Below the pieces are notes generated by a model, which did no database searches, was not told the origin of the DNA, and saw nothing but the letters and a program-made list of their open reading frames with translations. Of a stretch of 64,000 nt of DNA, positions 30,001-42,000 are shown piece after piece. Source of the stretch: Candidatus Omnitrophota bacterium. Its GTDB lineage: Bacteria > Omnitrophota > Gorgyraeia > Zapsychrales > Fredricksoniimonadaceae. The stretch spans positions 1,432 to 65,431 of the forward strand of contig CAIVRE010000008.1 in the NCBI GenBank assembly GCA_903908245.1, in the 5' to 3' direction. Made by a program: the position numbers and the translations under genes. How positions within the stretch are numbered: position 1 is the first letter of the stretch; the number at the start of each line of letters is the position of its first letter.

Positions 30001-33000
30001 GACCATCTCGGCATACAACCGGACAAGAATGGCCTGCGCGGCACGGCGTTTGTCGAAAGTATTCACCAGGCTCTTCACATAACCGGAATTGAGCACCGCG
30101 CTGATCTTGTTCATGCTCATCAATGCCTGAAGCATCGACTCAAACGCATTCGCCGCATTCTGCTCGGAAGCCTCCACGCCGTACAGCGCCTTAAGCTCCG
30201 CCATGAACGCCGCGATATCCCCGGCCGCGGCAAGTCGGGCAAGATCCGCGCCATCAAAGGCATTACGGGCGATCGTATAGCGGAAATACTTCACGTTGCT
30301 CATCGCCGTGTTAAAACGCGCCCTGGTCATCCAGCGGCGGAAAAGATGGCCGGAAAGAATATTGAGCTGCTGCAGCCTGGCTCCGATACGAGCCTTAAGG
30401 TCCGCCTCATTCCTGTAAGCCCCTTTAAGCTGACGCTCCCGCACGATAAGCTGCGCCTGCGACAGGGTGAAGCCCATCGATTCGAACGTCTGGACGCCAT
30501 CCCCGTTCACATCGGTCCTGGAACGGTTGCGCAACTGATAGAACCGGTGGCCGGCGAACGGCAGGAAGAACCCGATCGTAAGCAGAAGAGCGATCATCCC
30601 GCCGACAAACCAGCGGGCCCCGATACCGGCCTGCTCGAGCGCGCTCATCCAGGTCGAACCTTCCTTGCCTTCATACGCCCCGACCGCCGGGTTCTCGGCG
30701 TTGATCTTGACCTCCTGGCCGTACTGCTCGACATTCGCGATAACATTGTTGTATTCACGGTCCACGACCTTCTGGCCGATCCACCCGAACGGGCCATTGC
30801 GGAACACATCTTCCATATCAAAGATCGATGAATACGGCGTCGTATTATGGCTGAAGCGCTCCGCGGTCCAGACGCGGCGGCCATTCTTGAGCAGCATCTG
30901 ATGGTCCTTGTTGACCCAATTGGCCGCGACCTCATAACCGCTATCCGTCGCCAGCTTTTCCGTGACCAGCTGCCAGACATTCCCCTGCTCGTCGGCCCAA
31001 ACCTTGTTGACCATGCCGCGATAGGCATATTCCTTGCCATCGACCATCCGGTTAACAAAGACCGGATAACCGTTCATGTAATAAACGCGCAGGGTCATGG
31101 CGCTGTATTCGCGATGTTCGTAATACAGCCCCGTCGTGAGGTTAAAACGCGTATCGACATTGCGGACCTTCTCGATCCCCTCACGGCTGCCCGTGTAGGT
31201 GACCATCGACGTGACCGGATCGAAATCCGTATAGGTGGTCTCGCGCAGGACATTACTGCTGCCCGCGACGGTAATAATGCCGGGAGCGATAACGATCTGG
31301 CCGCGGGACAAGTCGCCCATCCCTTTGCCCCAGAGCTTGTTGATGCTAACCTCACCGCTCATGCTCACGCGGGCGATATCACGGGTCAGCGGATCATTGG
31401 GGACCTGATAACGGCTGGCATAGGCCGCGGCTTCCGTATAGGTGCCGTTACGCCAGATCAACGGGATCTCACGCAGCTGCTGGATCCTGCTGTCCGCTGT
31501 CAGCCCGACCACCGCAAACTCGGCGACCTGGCCGTCCACGACTTCAGATAATGCCTTATAACCGTTCGAGTGCAGCCGATAGAGGCGGCCGAATGCCAGG
31601 TCCGTGTTCCCGGGCATCTGGATCATGTAACCATCGGTCGGCTTATCCGCGCTCCAGGCGGCGTTAAGGATCACATCCTGATTACTGCCCGGACGGAGCA
31701 CCGCGACAATAACACGGGCATTCACATCACCATGGATACGATAATTCACGGAGATCTGGCCATAACGGGTCTCAACGGCTTTATCGACAACGATCTTGTC
31801 CAGCGGCCTGCCGGCCAGCCCGAGCTCGCTGAGGATCGCCCTGTAACCCGTCTCAAAACCATTCTCGACAACAGTCCCGTCATCGCGCGTGACCATGTGG
31901 TCCTTGTTCACATAGCCGAGAATATTATCGCCGGCTGTCCCCCGGACCATATCCAAAACAGCCTTCAGGTTGGTCGTTTCAGTCGCAACACCGAGGACCT
32001 TCTCTCCGACAACAAAACTATTGCCCTTCAGTTCCGCGAGATAGGTGGCTCCAACATTCGCATTCGCGACATCCCTGATATAAACGCTATAACCATCGCC
32101 AGGCACACGTTCGATCTTGCCGATCTCCTCGTTCGTATTGCGGTCGACAATAAAGAACTTGTTGTTCGTGGCCGGATCAAGATCATCCTCTTCCGCGATG
32201 ACCACGTCATGGATATTGGCACCCACGATGGTATATTGCGTGCGGATCGCCTGGCCGATCACCGTTCCGAAATCGATCTGATAACCCGGATTAAGCTTGT
32301 AAATATTCCGTAACGGGGCTTCTTTATAACCAACAATGACCTTGCCGTCGACCGGAACGCCATTGGCAAGAACGGTCGGATAAACCTCAACATATTCCTT
32401 GCCCTGCTCCGCTTTATTCTCCGCGCTCTTGATAACGCCCATGACCCGGTCCAGGATGCCGTGCACGCGGCGTTCATAAAGCTGGACCGTACGGCCCTGC
32501 AGGACAGGATCCTCGATCAGCGCCCCGATCTTTTTCGTGTCCGCGGCATACGAACCGTCCAGCAAATAAGTAACCCGCCCGGAAGCGACATCCAGCACCG
32601 TAGCTTTGGCGCGATTCTCTGGAAGGAAGATCATTTCCACCACATCATCGTCGAACGACTTTTCTTCCAGGGTCGGGTCAACCGCCCTGCGGGCGTTATA
32701 ATCCAGCGCCTCCTGCGACGTCGCGATCCGGGAAAGTTCATAATATTTCGAGCGCACAAAGTCATAGGCGCGGGCATCCTTCCTTAAAAGATCAGCGCTC
32801 ACGAAGAACGGCGCTTCAGGAACATTCACCAGGAAGAGATCCTTCATGCCTTCCCCGCTGAGGAGCCGATATTCCATCTTGCCGGTATAAACATGGACCA
32901 GGCGGAAGAACTCGACCGTATTGTTATTCTCGTCAAGCCGCTGGATGCTCTGCACCTTCCCGGCCAATTCTTCGGCATTCGCCATGATCTGCGCCTCGCG

Positions 33001-36000
33001 CATCCACTGGGCAACCCCGTTATTGCCGACAACCAGGCGATAATCCCTCACGAGCTCCGCCATAGTCGTCGCCGTAATATCGATCGGGGCCACCAGCTGG
33101 TTGGCCTTGAGCGTAACCACCATCTGCAGGAACGGACGATACACAACTCCATCAACCCTGACGAACTTTTCCTTGCCCTGCGCCTGGATGACCGCTTCGC
33201 CCTCGTCGAACTTCCCGTTGCGGTTCTCATCCTGATAATAAGGATACCCGTTATTCCAGCGGACATGCTGGAGCGCGGCGCGGCCTTCCCTGATCTTGCC
33301 CAGGAGATAAGACGAATCCTGAATTTCAAATTCCGGCTGTGCTGTCCTGGAAACGATCACCGTCTTGAACGTTCCATCCGCCAGCTCTTCAAAAACCTCA
33401 AAACCATTCTTCAGGGCTTCGATCTCGGCATTGATCCGCACCACGCGCGCCTCGATGGCCTTCACGCCAGGCTCGAAAACCTTGACCACCCCGTTCTCGA
33501 CCAGGACCATCGTATCCGCGCCGAAAACCCTGCCATTGATCGCATACAGGTTGCTCTGGCCGATCTGCTGGGCGCCCTTGGTATAACGGGCCGGCATGAA
33601 CGCCTTCACATCATCCATGCTGCCCACCACGGTGGCTTCCTTGCCGACAACGATATGCCCGAACCCGTTGATCCCGTCAATGCGCGCCTGATGCTCAAGC
33701 TTCTTGTTGGCCACATCCACCTGCCAGGCATTAAGGGTCTTGACCGACGGCTGGAAAATGCCCGCGATATCGCCGCGGAAATTCAGCTTCACGAACCCGT
33801 CCTCGGAAAGGCCCAGCACCTTCGCCTGGGCCTGGACTTTCTCTCCCGCCCAGCGGACGACCACCAGGCCATCGGTATTATCCACCGCCCTCGGCAGGCC
33901 GGTATTGTAGAAGATCACGCCGCCGCGGTTCAGCCCGCTCAGCACGATATCCTTGACCGCGTCACTGCCTTCCATGGAATACTTCATCTGGTCGATGCCC
34001 TGGCGGATCTTCTGCACCAAAGCCGCATCGGTCAGGCCGGGACGGGTACGGAACCCGTCAAACTCGCGGGCATCGTCAACCACCGTACGGGTCATGCCGC
34101 CGAACGAAGCCCAGTTATACCAGGACCGGCGGAACTCGTCGGTCACATAATCAGTGAAAATATTCCCCTTGGCCGGAGCGCGGACCGCAGGCTCGATCAC
34201 AAGGGCTGCATTGGTCCGGCCAACAGCCTGCATGGCCCGGGCACGATCAGGGCCAAGGTCCTCAACGCGCACAGCCACCGTACCCGCGGCCGGATATTCC
34301 GACCGGCTCGCCGTATAAATATCAATGATCCGCGTTGAATGCGGGACCCACTCGCCATTACTGCCTTTTTCGTAAGGACCGCTGTCATCCTTGCGGAACA
34401 CGCCCATCAGGGCGCCCGTATCCTGACGATAGACCGCGACCCAATTCCCATTGGCCACGGGCAGGCGCTCATTTAACGCGGCGCTGACGCCCGCTTCCAG
34501 GCGGTTCTCACGATTGCCTGTCTTTGTGCTGTTCCCGCCTTCATCAGGAGAATAGAAGGACGCTTCGCCCATAAACGCCCGGCCATTAGAGATCTGCGCC
34601 GCCGGGCCATTCTCCTGGCGCAGCGAATCCGTTACCATCTCGACGATCTCGCCCGAAATAGGATGACGGACAACCTGCAGGATCTGGTGGCCCTGCCTGT
34701 CGTAACCATTGATGAACGCTTTCTCTTTAAGGAGGGCATTGGTCGAAAGGCGGGCCTTCATGACCATGGTATCAAAATTATCAACATTGAACTCGCCCTG
34801 CAGGAAGCCCCTGGTAATGAAGCCCGGGGAAGCGAACACGTGGCGGGCGATCAGCTTGCCATTCTCGATCTTGCAGATGATCCCGTGGATCGTCGCGCGG
34901 CGGGCATCGCCCTGGTCGTTCTGCTTCCAGCCATTGGTCGCCTTATCCAGGGAATAGAAATGCTTGTCGCTGGTATTCGGCTGATAGATCTCCAGATAAA
35001 CCGTGTTGCTATCGCCATTGACCGCGGCAAGATGGTTATAAACGAGCTGATACGGGCCATACGCCAGCTGATCTCCCAGGTTCTCGAAATTGAAATGCTT
35101 GTTCACATCGCCGAAAAGTTTCCACAGCGGCGTAAGCTGATGGCCGGTCAGGCGGTCCATCGCGCCGGGCAGGGCACGAACAGTATCGAGCGCGCCCAGG
35201 CTCATCACCGTAGCCTCACGCGCTTTATTGTCCTGGTCATGGAACTCAACATCGGTCCAGTTCCACACCAGGGTGTTGAAGATGCCCTGGACCGGATTCT
35301 TGTCCGTATGATAAAGCTTGGTCTGGCCGCGGCCCGCATGCGTAACAGCGTAGGAATAGATCTCGGCCGCATGATCCGCCAGGATGGCCGGCCCGGCGTA
35401 AGCGCTGAATCCGGTGCCAATACCATTCTGCATCAAACCGGTAACGATCTGATAATCGGTCGCGAACCGCTTGCCCGGATGATCGATATCCAGGATCAGG
35501 GTGTTCGGGCCTGTACCATTGATGGAAACCATCGGGAAGTTATAATTCATGACATAACTAATGGCGACCGGGAAATTGGCATTGACCGTGCTGACCCCCT
35601 CCAGGGCCTTGTTCTCCCGAAGCTTCTTGTCAATATTCTCCAGGCGCTCGGCTGTCGTCTTGCGGCCATCCTTCTCCTTTTGCGCCTTTTCCAGGTTTAC
35701 CAGCGCGCCATTTTTAGGATCGTTCAGGTTCTGGTCCAGGGAAGCCGCGCGGACATCCTGCTCTTGCTTGGCCTTCTCTAATTTGGCAACTTCATCCTGG
35801 ATCGCCGCAATACCCACCTGAGCCTGTGTCAACTGCCCTTCACGGCCTCCATTCTCACCAACCGGAGCAAGATTAGCCGCAAGCATCCCGACAAGCGTGT
35901 TGGTATTCGGCCCCTTAATATCATAATTAATGCGAATACCACGAAGTGAATGATCTTGGAAGAAGCTCTCTTTAAGCTTGTAGGTTGCCCAGACATGTTC

Positions 36001-39000
36001 CGCACGGAGCATATCATCACCTGCCAACGCCTGAGGATCGACCATCATGGCCAACTTACCACCAACCGTAGCCTCTTCCACCTGCTGACGGGTCTCTTCT
36101 GTAACATCTTCGGGCAACCCGACCATCATTCCCGTATTAGCAATGGTCACAACTTTATCGCTGGCATTGCGCGTAACATATACAACACGACGACTCGGCT
36201 CATTATCCTTAGATTTATATTCAATAACACTGCTGACCGTAACCACAATGCGATCTTGCTCAAAAGAAACCGGCGACTTAACAACATGACTGACACTTGC
36301 CGTAGTTGTTAAGCCTGAAACCGCTGTGGCGGAATTATTATCATTGGCCGAAGCAATACCAGCTCCGGCGAACAACACCACCGCAACGATAATGACAATG
36401 ACCGCCCTCCTGATCGGGGAGATGACGGCCGAAAGAGCGGCCAGGGCGATGCGAACAAAGTGCATCGGGGCGGGCACTAATGCCTTTTGACCCTGGCCAG
36501 TGACCATGGCGGAGATACCGCCAATGATCTGGGTGACGAACCCTAAATTTTTATTGTTGGGATTATTGGTATCAGATATACGGCCGGAGAGCTCCGCCGA
36601 CACACCTTCTCCGGTGATGTTCGTTCCCTTGGCGGAACAAACTCCCGGATGCTCGCTATTCTTGCCTGAAGCGTTTGAGGTAAGTCTATCTACAGGGCCC
36701 TGACCGACACTTTCCACACCCTTCACACCTGGCACACCCTGCGCGGAGTAGGCTCTGTTATCGTAACCAGTTCCCACACTTTCCACACCCTGGGCATTGC
36801 CGTAATCGCGAGGAGCCCTTGCTCTGTCCAGAGATCCGGCAGGCACACTCATCACGATCCTGGTGTTACTTCCTACACTCTCGGTATTCGCGCTGTCTTT
36901 ATTACCAGCGATCACACTCCGTGCATAGGTGGTGCCAACGATCACACTACGGGCACCCTTACTTTCATTGCTAGTCCGCGCGTTGCCATTACTGGCAGTC
37001 GCAGTTCCTTCATCAGCGGCAGCACCAGGCACACTTTGGGCATCCGTACTGGACACACCTGTGTCGGTACCCCTGTCAGAGCGGGTAATCCTGGCCGACG
37101 GACGAACCCCGCGGTTCAACTTCAGGGCGAGCCCATTGACCGCTCTTAACACTCTCTCCACCGCGGGCACAATACTGGCACCCTTGGCAAGACCAATGTT
37201 CAGAGCCCTTCTATTCAGAGCCTTACCGATCCCGGCCGCATACCCCAAGATGGCGGCAAACACCAGGACAACACCAGTACGACCCGCAGAACGATGCAAC
37301 GGTACTTCATCGACAGTAACCGCACCGATCACGGCACGGGTATTCGCTACCTTACTCGTATTCGCTACTGTACTACCATTGCCCTTGGCGTGATTGTCAG
37401 CATTCGAACGGTCAGCCAGGACATTAGCCCGCTCGTTGCCTTTACTGTTATTATTACCAGCCTTCACCAGCGCTTTAGCGCCATTCACTACACCCTTACG
37501 AACTGCATTCACAACACTACGAACTACCTTCACTGCATTGCTGCGAACTGCATTCACTGCATTAACAGTACGTACAACCTTACTTGTATTCGCTACTGTA
37601 CTACCATTGCCCTGCTCTTTGTTCTCAGCATCGGTGCCAGCGGTCAGAGCTAGCGCTACATCGACGCTCTTTTCAGCGTTGCGATCATTTAACTTCACCT
37701 CGGCAACCGGCCTGCCGTTGGCCTTAAGCACAACATTAACAGTATCACTACTATCTCTCTTGCCATTCTCGACCGCTCCGCCCCTGAGAGAGGGACTGCG
37801 GCCGGGCTTACGACCTCCATCGCCGGAACGAGACGCAAGTTCCGAATCGGACGGCCCTTTCAGCCGTCCGGCAAAATATCTGGCCCCAAGAACAGCCAAA
37901 GCAAGTACCACACCAAAGACGATCACAGGCAGAGCCCCGGCTCCACCAGCCGCGGCTCCGGCACCCGTTGCCGCTGAAGCCGTATTCGGCGTTAAGGTAA
38001 AGAGAAGCCCCATCAAGCCCATTCCACCTGCTATAGGCCCGGCGCCGGGCAATTGAGGCCCTTGAGGCACTACAGGCATCGCAGGCACAACCGGTGCTGG
38101 CGCAGGCCCTGGTGTCGGTGTAGGCCCGGGTGTTGGCGTTGGCGGTAACGATGTATTAGGAATTGTATTATTGCCTGTAGGCGGAGGCGGCGTATTGAGC
38201 GGATCCGCCTTGGCCGGAGCATCGCCTTCATCCTTAGGCTTCTGCTCATTAGCCTTCAACAAGTCAGGGATATTAACTTCCATCGTAGAATTAGCCGCGA
38301 CCTGTCCAGTCTGGACATTCCCGGCCCTGAACCGATTGATCGCCCTTCTAATGAATCCGGGTTTAGCCGGGGCAGTAGCTTTCTCGAGGCCACTCTGGAC
38401 ATAATAATCGTGTTCTGCCTGCTTTTGCTCGGCTGTTAAAGCCTCGGCCTGAGCAAGAACATCAGAGACAAACTGTTCATCCGCCTGGTACGGAGTGCCG
38501 CCCATAGAATCTGTTACGATCTGCAGGGCCTTACGGACAGTATCCTGATCAGGCTGTTTCTGATCCTCAGCCAGCAGGCCAAAGAACTCAGCCTGCCGGA
38601 CCATGATCGCGGTCAACTTCGGAATATCCCCGGCATTCTTTGTGCTATCCAGGCCAAGCAGACGGATACCAATGGGCTTGAGCAGGATCGGGGCCATCAG
38701 ATCAGCCGGGATCTCGATCTCAAAGGACCGGGCCGCCTGCACCCCGGGATATTCCTTAATATCAAAGGCCGGAACAGTGACCTTGCGGCCATCAACATCC
38801 GCCCTCACGTCGCCATTATCGCCCCTGGAGAAGGCCGCACGGACAGACTGACGGTCATCCCCTTTAAGGATAACGACCAGGCCGATCTCCTCACCCTGCT
38901 CCTGCGCAAAACGGATCAGAATATCGCCCTTGACCAGGCCCAGAGACGGCACATCTTCGGCAATACGCTGTTCCTGAAGGTATTTTTCGCTATCTTTAAC

Positions 39001-42000
39001 ATTCACCAAAAGCTGAACCTTGACCTGCTCTCCGCCAATAGTCTCGGTCTGAATATCACGCGCCGCTACACCATCCTTCACCTCAAGGCGTTCGGTCTTG
39101 TTCCTGCCATCGGTAACCGCGATACCCGTGACCGTACGGTCCTTCACCTCAAAGGCGCCATTAATATCCTTGGGCGCGGTAGCAGCAGGAGCATAGATCA
39201 GGCCGGTTTTGGTCTCATAGGTTTCGCCGGGCTGCAATGTAATGCCGTTATGCTCAACAGGCTTGTCAGCGGTATTATTAACAGCCTTGACCTCTTCTGT
39301 CCCGATCTGGCCGGACTTGTTAAGAATGGTCTGGACCGCCAAAGGCTTGCCCTTGGCCCCGTTGGCCTTCTGATAAGTGACCGCGAGCAGGCTGTCCGGC
39401 CTTGACCCGGCGAACTGCCCAGGCACACGGTCAGCCGGCGTGATCCGGTTGAACACTTTAACGAAATCTTTAAGGTTATCCGCGTGCATAAGATCCGCCG
39501 GGCCGGGCTCTTTCACATCGACCGCGCCAGGCTCGAACGCGAACACGTCAGCCAGAGGCACCGTTGCCGTCAGCTTTTTCGCGGCTTCCTCGGGCATATT
39601 CTTGTCGGCCAGCGCCGCCAGCACGATCGCCTGCATACCGCGCACCATCATGTCGATCGCATTCTGGTAATACTCGCGCATCCTGACAACGCCGCCATCC
39701 ATCACCAGATGATGCAGTTCATACATATCCAGGCTTAACTGATCGGCCTTCTGGCGCATCATTGTGCGGATATCGACAGGGATGGTCTCATCCGCCAGGA
39801 ACGGCTCGAAGACCCTCTTGCCGAACGCGATCAGGTCGTTGGAACGGGATGTCCCGGCGATCTCGCGGTCGAATTCCTGTTCATTGATATCGATCGTGCC
39901 TGCAATATATTTTCCAAAGCTCGTACCGGACGGAATATTGACCGCCAGGACAAATTTATCGATCGGCGTCTCCGTCAGCCGGCCACTCACCTTGACACCG
40001 CGGCTGCGGCCAAGCCCCTGGTCGATCTCGGTATGCGTTGACTTGGTGTCCGCCAGGACCACTAACACATCACCGCTCTTGGTATCGACCGTTTCACCAC
40101 GGATACGGCCCCTGGAAAGAACCACAAGATAACGGCGAGTCGTATCCGCCAGGATCCCGGCCAGAGCTTCAGGCGCGATCTTTGCGTAAGTCCCGTCAGG
40201 CAGGACAAAATAATCATCACCCTCGGGCTTCTCAAGGATCACGCCCATATTATTGCCCGCGGCAACTTCAGCCAGCCGGGCCAGATAAAGGTCTTCGGAA
40301 GAACCTGTTTCTCCAGGCTCGCGGGCCGCCAGCGGAATGACCACATTGCCCGAAGAACCCTTGACCAGTTCATCAAGCTTGCTCATTCCATCAGCTATAC
40401 TGCCGGTAAGGATCGTCCGGCCTTCATCCACAGGATTATCTTTATCCGTCCCGAACATCTTGCGCGACGGCGGCTCAATAGCGGTCAAAGGCTTGGCACC
40501 GTAGAACATGTTCTGTTCCCCGGCAATAAATTCCGTCAAACTACCCGACGCCAGGATGACCGGGCGCTTGGCCAGGGCGAACTGCCGGATGACTTCATCG
40601 CCCCGCACACGCTCACCCTCGATCTGATGCTCGATATCAGCCAAATTAAGCTGCGCGAGTTTGCGGCCTTGCTGTTCAGCGGCCTTGCGAAGCACAAGTG
40701 TTTGCGCCACGATCAGCCACGGGTCAGAGGTAACAACGCCGGGAGAGACCACGCCGTAAGAGTTCACCAGATAAACTTTTTTGCCATCCGCGCTAAGGGC
40801 GATCTCGCCTTCCTTATACATGGCCATGGCTTCCACCACCGCCTGCATATACGCAATGGCCTTGCGCCCGCCGTTCTTGGTGTCGCCACGGATCTCTTCG
40901 ATGGTCATGCCGCTAAAACGCTTGAGCAGAAGATCCTGGGCTTTCTGGCTGACAGCAATACGGATCTGATCCGGCGTGCGGGTCTGCACATCGGCGATCT
41001 GCTCGATCCCAAGCTCGTTGATCGCGGCCTCGATCCCCTGGATAATATCGCCATTAACCTTGCCATGCGCCTTGCCGGCGGTATTAAGGTCAGGATCGGA
41101 AGAAAGCTCGTCGTCATACAACGCGGACCTGGACATCAGCGCGTCCCACGCGGCTTTTGCCGGCGGATGATCCTTGGCCAGGCCGATCAGGGTCTGGATA
41201 TCTTTATTGTCGATCAGAAGGATGTGGTTCTCATCAATGGTCTTTTTAACCTGGTCAATATTCTTGCCATCCGGGCGAACACTGACCTGGGCCACACGTA
41301 AATTCGGGTCATACGCCCTGGCATATTCCGTAACCTCATTGAGGTTCTGGACCATCAACTTGGGCGAATGCAACCGCACCACCAGCTTGCCGTCAGGATC
41401 GTTCTTCCTGTGATCCGCGGCCATGGCAACCACCGCCACCGAGCTCTTACCGGCACCTGTACCGATCTTGGCGATCCAGACACCGGCCTGCTTGAGCGCC
41501 GCAGCGATCTTGCCACTGGCGAACAATTCATTGAAAAGAGTCTGCTCACCCTTGCGCAATACTTTCTTATTCGCGACCAGGACCTGCTCAAAGGAAGACT
41601 GCGCGGCATCAAAGCCGGGGAAGCTCAGCTGAACCGGCTTTTTGACTTCAGGCGCACTCGGCTGTTCCGACACGATCCGCATGGGCGGAGCCACCATCGG
41701 CGTAATCGCCGGAACAACAGGGACGACAGGAACAGCTGGCGGCATAACCCGAACGGGCGAAGGCAGCGGGACAGCCGGGACATTCCTCGGCGTCCTGACC
41801 GGAACAAAGCTGTTCACAACCCGCATGACACTGGCCTGTTGACTTAAAATAAAGGATCGGGACGATCCCGCGAATCTCCTGTTAAGGATGCCCTGGACAT
41901 ATCCCGAAAGGCTGTAAATATCTTTGGGAGCCTTGGCCATAGCCTCGCCAACGGTAAAGAGCGCAGGCTCAATATTGCTCCATTCAGAATTCTTGCGGGC

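Noticed and set aside
37340-37615. The 34-nt direct repeats as terminal repeats of a small mobile element or a CRISPR-like array
   Set aside because: Only two copies exist, 228 nt apart. They lie inside an open coding frame and encode the same peptide (GNGSTVANTSKV). No transposase, further repeats of the same unit or unique spacers were seen.
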